In this document: positions 35,281 through 41,152 of the stretch, one piece after another
How the letters are laid out: each line of letters opens with the position of its first letter
Position numbering within the stretch: position 1 is the first letter of the stretch
Origin: a virus
Virus record (IMG/VR): IMGVR_UViG_3300010032_000001
Span: 1 to 48,116 of that record
DNA: 48,116 nucleotides
Strand: one strand, 5' to 3'
The notes under the pieces: generated by a model
What the model was told of the DNA's origin: nothing
Databases searched by the model: none
The model's input: only the letters and a program-made list of their open reading frames with translations
Made by a program: the position numbers and the translations under genes

Positions 35281-35547
35281 CTAGAATTCGTCTCCGTTCT
35301 CGTCGTGGCAACAGTCGATGGTCTTGTTGTTGTTTTCCCAGTTCCAGTCCTCTGACTCTACTACCTCAGAGACTTGCTCTACGAGGATGTTGTAGTGAAC
35401 TTGTAGTTCGTTCGCACTGATGGGCATCTCTTGCTCAGTGTAGCCTTCGGACATGGATTTCAGCATCCTACTCATCTCTTCTTCACCCTGGTAGGCCAGT
35501 GCTTCGAAGATGATAGCTAGTTGAGCTTTGTTGATTTCGAGTTTCAT
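35281..35547 (-). CDS. First gene downstream of the 35573-35602 leftward promoter candidate: strongly acidic 88-aa protein (possible DNA mimic)
   Basis: GGAGAA precedes ATG 35547. About 20 D/E against 5 K/R. It is the first ORF downstream of the TTGACA promoter candidate. Confidence 0.5.
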   Translation of the reverse strand: MKLEINKAQLAIIFEALAYQGEEEMSRMLKSMSEGYTEQEMPISANELQVHYNILVEQVSEVVESEDWNWENNNKTIDCCHDENGDEF

Positions 35548-35572
35548 GTCTGTTCTCCGTTTCGATGTGTAC

Positions 35573-35602
35573 ATCATGGCACAGGTAGGTTCAGGATGTC
35601 AA
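35573..35602 (-). promoter_or_regulatory. Leftward early promoter candidate TTGACA-N18-CATGAT
   Basis: Perfect -35 at 35602-35597 (minus sense). The -10 at 35578-35573 is weaker. Confidence 0.4.
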
Positions 35603-35646
35603 CAGGTAGAAATACCTAATTTTGAAGTAGGAAAATCTTAGGTGTC

Positions 35647-35679
35647 TGCGCGTGCGTATCGCGTACGTGCGTGCGCGTA
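35647..35679. other. Alternating pyrimidine-purine (CG/TG)n block, Z-DNA-prone
   Basis: tgcgcgtgcgtat / cgcgtacgtgcgtgcgcgta gives 13 + 20 nt of strict Py-Pu alternation with one phase slip. It sits in an otherwise AT-rich spacer. Confidence 0.8.
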
Positions 35680-35691
35680 AGAGTATTATAA

Positions 35692-35735
35692 TATAATATA
35701 TATTTATATTTAACTAAATATAAATATATATTATA
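35692..35735. repeat. Perfect 44-bp A/T-only palindrome (21-bp arms, 2-bp spacer)
   Basis: tataatatatatttatattta-ac-taaatataaatatatattata. The arms are exact reverse complements, checked base by base. Confidence 0.95.
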
Positions 35736-35757
35736 GTACTATGTATGTACTAGGTAC

Positions 35758-36178
35758 CTCCAAGTTTTCCATCTCCTTCTAATCTTAGTTAGGAAGGTAC
35801 TTAAGAGAAGAAGTATAAGAAGAAGTTATATAAAGAAAAGAATATATATTAGAAGAAAGAATAGAAGAGAGAAGAATGATAATAGGAAGTTATATTAGAG
35901 AATATTATTTCTATACACTTCCATCATTAAAATACCTTATTCGTTCTATTCGTTCTAAAAGTACAAGGGGGGATAAAATGTTGTTACTTTTATATTCAGT
36001 ACTCTACAAATTTTTTTCCTAGAAGAAGTACCTAAAAAATTTTTACCTTAAATTTTTTCATAGTATTTCTTACCATCTTCTCATTCTAATCTACTCCATG
36101 TTTTCCATTCTGTAGTAATTCATTTAGAGTAGAAAAGAAGTCTAGAAACTTTAGAAGAAGAAGAGTAGAAGTATAAGA
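35758..36178. repeat. Non-coding block with dispersed short direct repeats, a C-free tract and AnTn tracts (iteron-like)
   Basis: 15-mer ctcca[a/t]gttttccat at 35758 and 36094. ttctaatct at 35777 and 36084. agaagtataaga at 35809 and 36167. Tandem attcgttct x2 at 35939-35956. No C on the plus strand from 35801 to 35910. Confidence 0.7.
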
Positions 36179-36209
36179 CGACTACTCGACTGATACTAAA
36201 TGTTTCAGA

Positions 36210-36452
36210 CTAAGTAGAAGGATAGTTTTTATTACGTTCTACTTTAAGTACGATTCTATCACCTTCTCGAACTAGTTTTTTATTGTACCTTTTAATACGT
36301 TTAACTTTAGAAGAATAATACTTATAAGACTTAAAATGAGTAGGAGTTAAACCCGCTACCCATCTACTACCTCGGTTCTTAGCCATTTTATTTAACTTCC
36401 TGTTCCTTCGTGTGAGGCCTCTTTGTTCGGCCTCGTACAGGTCCAACCGCAT
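36210..36452 (-). CDS. Highly basic 80-aa protein (about 30% K/R), isolated gene between two non-coding regions
   Basis: ORF with ATG at 36452. MRLDLYEAEQRGLTRRNRKLNKMAKNRGSRW...KVKRIKRYNKKLVREGDRIVLKVERNK. Confidence 0.45.
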   Translation of the reverse strand: MRLDLYEAEQRGLTRRNRKLNKMAKNRGSRWVAGLTPTHFKSYKYYSSKVKRIKRYNKKLVREGDRIVLKVERNKNYPST

Positions 36453-36488
36453 CTTAGCATACGATACCAATAGGGTTCTACGATTGAG

Positions 36489-36530
36489 CCGAACCTTGGA
36501 GTACGGTTTACCGAACGTTACCAGTACGGT
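36489..36530. repeat. Two tandem 19-20-bp direct repeats, CCGAAC-N5/6-AGTACGGT (operator-like)
   Basis: ccgaaccttggagtacggt (36489-36507) and ccgaacgttaccagtacggt (36511-36530), in the divergent control region. Confidence 0.8.
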
Positions 36531-36569
36531 AACATCTGTTTTCTAACTCTCCTTCTACTCTACTACTAG

Positions 36570-36599
36570 TTGACTCTACTTCTTCTAATAGAGTATACT
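36570..36599 (+). promoter_or_regulatory. Rightward early promoter candidate TTGACT-N18-TATACT
   Basis: -35 at 36570-36575 and -10 at 36594-36599. GGAGG (36614-36618) and the first ATG (36627) follow. Flanked by inverted 8-mers ctactact (36560) and agtagtag (36602). Confidence 0.55.
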
Positions 36600-36626
36600 T
36601 GAGTAGTAGCGATGGAGGTGTAACTG

Positions 36627-36791
36627 ATGGATGTAGATGAGATTGAAAGGGAGATTGAGAGAAGGGATTTAGAGATTAAGAGAATGTTGTTACTGATGAA
36701 ATGGCGTAATAGCCTAGCTAATGCGAGGAGGAAAGAAAATGCATCTAATTGTTCTACTGATGGGAGCGCTTCTGATAGCGTTTGTGATTAG
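36627..36791 (+). CDS. 54-aa hypothetical micro-protein
   Basis: GGAGGTG precedes the ATG. MDVDEIEREIERRDLEIKRMLLLMKWRN... Overlaps the next ORF by 53 nt. Confidence 0.3.
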   Translation: MDVDEIEREIERRDLEIKRMLLLMKWRNSLANARRKENASNCSTDGSASDSVCD

Positions 36792-36894
36792 ATCTACTTC
36801 TGCTCATGCTGAAAGAATGGCTGTTCGCAAGGCCTATGAGGATTGGTTAGAGTATGAGAGACAGCAGGCTATTAAGGCTCAGGAGGAGGAGTAA
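36739..36894 (+). CDS. 51-aa single-pass membrane micro-protein
   Basis: GAGGAGGAAAG precedes the ATG. MHLIVLLMGALLIAFVIRSTSAHAERMAVRKAYEDW... Confidence 0.4.
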   Translation: MHLIVLLMGALLIAFVIRSTSAHAERMAVRKAYEDWLEYERQQAIKAQEEE

Positions 36895-36898
36895 GACT

Positions 36899-37054
36899 AT
36901 GAAACTATTTCGTAAACTAAAGCAAGAGTTAGAATACCAGCACCAACTTTATCTACTTGAACAGGAGAAGAGAGAAGCAGACGAAAAGATGCGTGAACTT
37001 AACGAACAGTTTCACTACGCTTCGTCCAAAGAGTTGAGAGCTTTGGTAGAATGA
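36899..37054 (+). CDS. 51-aa coiled-coil micro-protein
   Basis: AGGAGGAGGA precedes ATG 36899. The ORF-track start at 36854 is an upstream alternative start. Confidence 0.4.
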   Translation: MKLFRKLKQELEYQHQLYLLEQEKREADEKMRELNEQFHYASSKELRALVE

Positions 37055-37128
37055 GCCTAGGACTGATACTGATGTTGATAGGAATTATTCTACTTCTACT
37101 AGGAGGAAAAGATGGAAGAGATAAATGA
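37051..37128 (+). CDS. 25-aa hydrophobic micro-protein
   Basis: MSLGLILMLIGIILLLLGGKDGRDK. ATGA overlap. Confidence 0.3.
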   Translation: MSLGLILMLIGIILLLLGGKDGRDK

Positions 37129-37243
37129 TGGATACTGGCAATTGCTGAGAGATATCTTTTCTAAAGAACGTCTCTCTAGAGTACACGAAAGGAACGATAG
37201 ATTAGCCAAGAAACAAGAAGAAGAGGACAAGAAAGATGTTTAA
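37112..37243 (+). CDS. 43-aa hypothetical micro-protein
   Basis: AGGAGGA precedes the ATG. MEEINDGYWQLLRDIFSKERLSRVHERN... Confidence 0.35.
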   Translation: MEEINDGYWQLLRDIFSKERLSRVHERNDRLAKKQEEEDKKDV

Positions 37244-37457
37244 CTATGCTTGGGCTCAGGAGCAGATAGCTTTAGGTAACCGTGTTCGTAGAGCTTCTAT
37301 TCCTACCGTTTATCTGAGGACTTGGCAGCCTGCTTGGTCTCCTTGGGCTCCAGTCGTTAGTATCTTTTACGTTTCTGACGACACTATTGCTTCTGAACAA
37401 CCGTACTTTCCTTCTCTAGATGATTGTTTTGCTACTGATTGGGAGCTTGTACCTTAG
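37236..37457 (+). CDS. DUF2829 / Tad2-like candidate (anti-Thoeris signal sponge family)
   Basis: N-terminal FNYAWAQEQIALGNRVRR and C-terminal PYFPSLDDCFATDWELV fit the family pattern (F..A...l..G..vrR ... W.pS..D.lA.DWe.v). Confidence 0.5.
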   Translation: MFNYAWAQEQIALGNRVRRASIPTVYLRTWQPAWSPWAPVVSIFYVSDDTIASEQPYFPSLDDCFATDWELVP

Positions 37458-37652
37458 ATGTGGAAGAAGTTTCTTGGTGTAAGTCTTGATGAGGATAAGT
37501 TTAGGAACTGGAGAGAAGAAAACTTCGAGTCTGCGTCTACCTCTGTTGATGCTTGGCTAAGCAAAGACCCTCAAGACTACAAGCACTACAACACTCGAAT
37601 GCTTCGTAGAAAATACGTTCAAGACACAGGAGACGGTGAAATCGATAGTTAA
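37458..37652 (+). CDS. Hypothetical small protein
   Basis: 64-aa ORF that abuts the upstream stop. Confidence 0.4.
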   Translation: MWKKFLGVSLDEDKFRNWREENFESASTSVDAWLSKDPQDYKHYNTRMLRRKYVQDTGDGEIDS

Positions 37653-37672
37653 CAAATCTAGAGGTATATCCG

Positions 37673-37891
37673 ATGGTTAAGTTTCTACGTTGGTTCAAGT
37701 CCGATGAGTATTCTACTCCTCAACTCCAATACTCCAATGACCAGGTTCAATGGTCCTCTCACACTGCTCACCCTCACTATGGAGTCGTAGGAGAATATAA
37801 GGACCACGATGGTTCTAAAGGTTTTCGAATGATGCAGTATCTCCTGCGCAATGGGTACACGATGCTAGACCAAAACGGAGAAGAAGTATGA
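37673..37891 (+). CDS. Hypothetical small protein
   Basis: 72-aa ORF with an ATGA overlap to the HTH gene. Confidence 0.4.
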   Translation: MVKFLRWFKSDEYSTPQLQYSNDQVQWSSHTAHPHYGVVGEYKDHDGSKGFRMMQYLLRNGYTMLDQNGEEV

Positions 37892-38100
37892 CTGATTTCT
37901 ACCAAGAACTTGGAAGATGCATACGTACCAGAAGAGAAGAGTGCGGTTTGAACCAAAGTCAGTTAGCTTTAGAAATAGGAGTTAGTCGTCCTTCTCTCAC
38001 TAATATGGAACTGGGAAAACAAAGAATCCGAGTTCTGCAGTTTGTTCAAATAGCTAAAGTTCTTGAAGTGTCTGTTGAAGATTTGTTGGAGTACATTTAA
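37888..38100 (+). CDS. Cro/CI (XRE)-type HTH transcriptional regulator
   Basis: RTRREECGLNQSQLALEIGVSRPSLTNMELGKQ...LQFVQIAKVLEVSVEDLL. Confidence 0.75.
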   Translation: MTDFYQELGRCIRTRREECGLNQSQLALEIGVSRPSLTNMELGKQRIRVLQFVQIAKVLEVSVEDLLEYI

Positions 38101-38165
38101 TGACCCTGTTTCCTTTACTACTGATTGTTTTGACTCTTTATGCTGCGTTCGTGGTGATGATGTGA
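38100..38165 (+). CDS. 21-aa hydrophobic micro-protein
   Basis: TAATG overlap. MTLFPLLLIVLTLYAAFVVMM. Confidence 0.25.
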   Translation: MTLFPLLLIVLTLYAAFVVMM

Positions 38166-38395
38166 CTATATTCGGATTACTTGCATTAATTCTACTAGCT
38201 TGGATTATTCTACGCTCCATTTCTAACGCTGAACGTAGAAAACGAGCAGAGGCTCAGCGACAAGCGTTTGATGATGACTTTAAGCCTAGCGAATTTCCTG
38301 ACTCAGGCTGGTTTCATGACCCTAAATATCGTCCCCAAGCCAAGCCTTTTCCGAAGTACTATGGTCGTGTAAAAGGCAGAGGAACCGGAAGATGA
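38162..38395 (+). CDS. 77-aa membrane protein (N-terminal TM helix, basic tail)
   Basis: GTG 38162 forms a GTGA overlap. TIFGLLALILLAWIILRS, then ERRKRAEAQRQ... Confidence 0.35.
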   Translation: MTIFGLLALILLAWIILRSISNAERRKRAEAQRQAFDDDFKPSEFPDSGWFHDPKYRPQAKPFPKYYGRVKGRGTGR

Positions 38396-38517
38396 TAATT
38401 TTTCTACTCTCTGTAATTCTGTTCTTTGTTGTTCTAATTTTTCTACGTCCTAAACTCAAACCTCGTAGAAAAAATGATTTGAATTCTTTACATCGTGAGT
38501 GGAGAAAAAGGAAATGA
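38392..38517 (+). CDS. 41-aa single-pass membrane micro-protein
   Basis: ATGA overlap. MIIFLLSVILFFVVLIFLRPKLKPRRKNDL... Confidence 0.4.
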   Translation: MIIFLLSVILFFVVLIFLRPKLKPRRKNDLNSLHREWRKRK

Positions 38518-38933
38518 TGAAAAGTTACATTTGTCATAAGATTGTTGAAGCTGCACGAATTCAGGGTGAGCACAAAAATACCTTAATTCTTGGAGAAGGT
38601 CAAGAAGTATTGTTAACGGATTCGGACAAAGTTCGTTTTGAAAGCATGGCTTCGAATAGCGGCCTTAGTGTTGTAGATGGTTATTTTGTTATGTACAAGG
38701 ATGGATACGTTTCTTGGTCTCCTGCTGATGTGTTTGAAAAGGGTTACACTGAGTTATCGTCGAATGGTGGTCCTACGCGAATTCTCAGCGAGATTAGTTT
38801 CTTTCTACATACTGTGCTCAGAAAGTTAGTCGACATCGATGATGCTTATCGTGACGTTATTAACTCAGTTGCTAACATGTCGGAAAACATTAGGTACGAG
38901 AAGATTAAAGTGAAAGAGGAGGAAAACGAATGA
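38514..38933 (+). CDS. Hypothetical protein
   Basis: GGAGAAAAAGGAA precedes ATG 38514. MMKSYICHKIVEAARIQ...DGYFVMYKDGYVSWSPADVFEKGY. Confidence 0.45.
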   Translation: MMKSYICHKIVEAARIQGEHKNTLILGEGQEVLLTDSDKVRFESMASNSGLSVVDGYFVMYKDGYVSWSPADVFEKGYTELSSNGGPTRILSEISFFLHTVLRKLVDIDDAYRDVINSVANMSENIRYEKIKVKEEENE

Positions 38934-39061
38934 TTTACGCTGCATTGTTCGGAATTATGGTTTTCGGTTTGTTAGTTATCTTTCAGACTCTAGCTACCGG
39001 TGGAGTTCCTGAGTCTCGTACACCCGCTATGAAGCGTCGTGTGAGAAACTATCGAAGGTAA
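38930..39061 (+). CDS. 43-aa single-pass membrane micro-protein
   Basis: ATGA overlap. MIYAALFGIMVFGLLVIFQTLATGG...KRRVRNYRR. Confidence 0.4.
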   Translation: MIYAALFGIMVFGLLVIFQTLATGGVPESRTPAMKRRVRNYRR

Positions 39062-39065
39062 ATCT

Positions 39066-39149
39066 ATGGCTTTATTTTTTGTTTGTTTAGCTTTAGTGTT
39101 CTGGGCTTTGTTTGTAATATTTCTTTGGTTTAACTCTGAAGGTAGATAA
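39066..39149 (+). CDS. 27-aa hydrophobic micro-protein
   Basis: MALFFVCLALVFWALFVIFLWFNSEGR. Confidence 0.3.
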   Translation: MALFFVCLALVFWALFVIFLWFNSEGR

Positions 39150-39157
39150 ACTGGGGG

Positions 39158-39187
39158 TTGCATACTCGTTGTAAAATCTACTATACT
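39158..39187 (+). promoter_or_regulatory. Structural-module promoter candidate TTGCAT-N18-TATACT
   Basis: -35 at 39158-39163 and -10 at 39182-39187. The bases after the -10 (TATACTTGTAGTAGT) resemble those of the 36594 promoter (TATACTTGAGTAGTAG). Confidence 0.5.
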
Positions 39188-39262
39188 TGTAGTAGTTCGT
39201 CATAGGTTTCTCTTCTCTCGAATCTTACTCTCTCCTCTCAAACAACTCAGGAAACCAAATAA

Positions 39263-39682
39263 ATGGCTGATATCGTAGAATACCGTAGACAAAGAGGGCA
39301 ACAGCGCCGAGATGAGTTGCTATTTAGCATCATGTCTCAATGTGACAAGGCTAACGTCACTCTTGTTGAACTAACTGAATATTACACCAACAAGTATGAC
39401 TCTCGAATCAACTCCAATTCTCTGGATGCTCGGCGCTCATCTAAGCGTCGCTCAGAAGTAGCTCGTAACGCCGTTAACACTCGTTGGAAGAAGTACTTCG
39501 ACTTTCTCAAAGGTTCTTCTACCTACGCTGAGAAGCTCCAAAGTTTGGGAGCAGATAAGAAAGTTTCTCTACCTTCTAATCCTGTAAAGGCTCCAACACC
39601 TCCTATTGAGCCTATTGAGCAGGAAGTTGAAGAAGAGAACGATTTAGGTGACTTTTTATCATCGTTCGGGGGTGACGACTAA
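39263..39682 (+). CDS. Hypothetical protein, first gene of the late arm (basic middle region)
   Basis: 139-aa ORF. ...RRSSKRRSEVARNAVNTRWKKY... No assignable motif. Confidence 0.45.
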   Translation: MADIVEYRRQRGQQRRDELLFSIMSQCDKANVTLVELTEYYTNKYDSRINSNSLDARRSSKRRSEVARNAVNTRWKKYFDFLKGSSTYAEKLQSLGADKKVSLPSNPVKAPTPPIEPIEQEVEEENDLGDFLSSFGGDD

Positions 39683-40134
39683 TGGGCGGACGTGGACCTT
39701 CGGGACCTGATCCCGCAACCCAACGAGCACAAGAGCAACAATTTCTACTTGAACAGGAACGTATTCGTTTAGAGCAAGAAGCTGCACAGGCTAACCAACG
39801 TGAGCTAGACCTATTGCAGCAGCAGTTGGAACAACAATCAGAAGTTACTAACCAGCAAATTAATGCTCTTAACGTACTTCAGCAACAGACTACCGAAGCT
39901 CAAACTTCATTTGCTTCTCTACTCGAAGAAGCTACCGCTCAACAGGCTCGGCAAGCTGATTTAGCTACTCAAGAGTCACTACGAATTCAATCCGCAGAAC
40001 AACGCCAACAACGACGTGCCGCTGCCGGACTTAACGCTCAAGTAGAAAACAATGCTAGACGTCGACGCGTTAATCGCTCGGCACCTGCCTCATTACTACT
40101 CACCGAACAAGAACGACAAGGATTATTAGTTTAA
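39682..40134 (+). CDS. Q-rich coiled-coil protein
   Basis: 150-aa ORF with a TAATG overlap. Composition resembles the internal virion proteins. Confidence 0.45.
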   Translation: MGGRGPSGPDPATQRAQEQQFLLEQERIRLEQEAAQANQRELDLLQQQLEQQSEVTNQQINALNVLQQQTTEAQTSFASLLEEATAQQARQADLATQESLRIQSAEQRQQRRAAAGLNAQVENNARRRRVNRSAPASLLLTEQERQGLLV

Positions 40135-40136
40135 TC

Positions 40137-40628
40137 ATGGCCAACCAAGGAACGATACGAACACGAGCGGAGTTGTGGAATGATGCTCTTTTAGCGGGCA
40201 ATATTCCTACTAGTCTTCGCTACTTTACTGAAGTGACTGTAGGTTCTCCTACTTCTGCGGTTGAGTTGTTCATTAACGGGGAACAGGACCAACGATTTTA
40301 TCTACCTACTAATTCTGCAGTTGTTGGGCTTTTGAAGATTTCTGCTTGGCCTCCCGGTGCTAGCGCTTCTAACGAGACATGGACTGCAGGTATTGGTTTT
40401 GAAGGTTTCAATATCAATGGAACCGTTACAGCAGTTGAAGCTGGTCTTTTTGGAGCTTCAGGTAATCCCAATGTATCATTTGCGGTTACCGCAAATGATA
40501 CAATTAAAGCACTTACAATGCTGTTTACTCCTGCTCTCAACAGCACTTTTATTGTCACTGCAACTTTGGATTATACGTTTGTGTCTCCAGACTTTAGGCC
40601 TTCTAACTACTACTCGATTACCGCTTAA
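40137..40628 (+). CDS. Beta-rich structural protein candidate, paralogue 1
   Basis: MANQGTIRTRAELW...LRYFTEV...FINGEQDQRFYLP... is shared with the next ORF. Confidence 0.5.
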   Translation: MANQGTIRTRAELWNDALLAGNIPTSLRYFTEVTVGSPTSAVELFINGEQDQRFYLPTNSAVVGLLKISAWPPGASASNETWTAGIGFEGFNINGTVTAVEAGLFGASGNPNVSFAVTANDTIKALTMLFTPALNSTFIVTATLDYTFVSPDFRPSNYYSITA

Positions 40629-40639
40629 TAGGAATTCAC

Positions 40640-41152
40640 ATGGCTAATCAAGGTACTACTCGAAATCGTGCAGAACTTTTTCATACAGCTTTAGAAGAGA
40701 ACGCTCTTCCTGGTGTACTTCGTTATTTTGGCGAAGTAATTGGGGACGGTTCTCCCGGAGCAGCAGAGGTTTTTTTGAATGGAGAAGAAGGAAGTCGCTT
40801 TTATCTTCCTCAGGATTCAATTGTTACAGGTCAAATAATTGTTTCTGCTTGGAACGTTACTGACGGTGGTAACCCTGCTTCATCAATCATCTACTTCTCT
40901 GTTCAAAACAATGCTGGAACTGTATCAGTTTTTCCTACCAACTTTAGGGCAACTGATGGAAACCCAATTGTTGAATTTGATGCTGCTGTTGCTGGCCTTA
41001 CTGTCGCTGTCGTTGCTGACGACACGAACAAAGCGGTCGGTCTTAACCTCACTCCAACCCCTAATGATACCTATCGTGTTGCGGCGACGATGATTTACTC
41101 TTTCTCTGCAACTGGTATGCGTAGCCCCAATGTTTATTCGGTAACCAACTGA
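40640..41152 (+). CDS. Beta-rich structural protein candidate, paralogue 2
   Basis: MANQGTTRNRAELF...LRYFGEV...FLNGEEGSRFYLP... Tandem duplicate of 40137..40628. Confidence 0.5.
   Translation: MANQGTTRNRAELFHTALEENALPGVLRYFGEVIGDGSPGAAEVFLNGEEGSRFYLPQDSIVTGQIIVSAWNVTDGGNPASSIIYFSVQNNAGTVSVFPTNFRATDGNPIVEFDAAVAGLTVAVVADDTNKAVGLNLTPTPNDTYRVAATMIYSFSATGMRSPNVYSVTN

Noticed and set aside
35603-36209. CRISPR array, tRNA or small protein genes in the 630-bp gap
   Set aside because: The repeats are short and irregularly spaced, with no constant repeat-spacer period. I could fold no cloverleaf and found no GTTCGAATC-type T-arm. The longest ORFs are 5-14 codons (for example MENLEVPSTYI and MLLLLYSVLYKFFS).
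36210-36452. The basic 80-aa protein as a phage-encoded ribosomal protein (bS21, bL28 or bL35-like)
   Set aside because: The composition is similar, but I could not align it to any of these families by eye. It stays listed as an uncharacterised basic protein.
38063-38161. N-terminal 33 codons of ORF 38063..38395, overlapping the HTH gene
   Set aside because: The TTG start lies inside the Cro-like gene and has no RBS. A 21-aa TM ORF (38100..38165) and a GTGA-coupled GTG at 38162 explain the region better.
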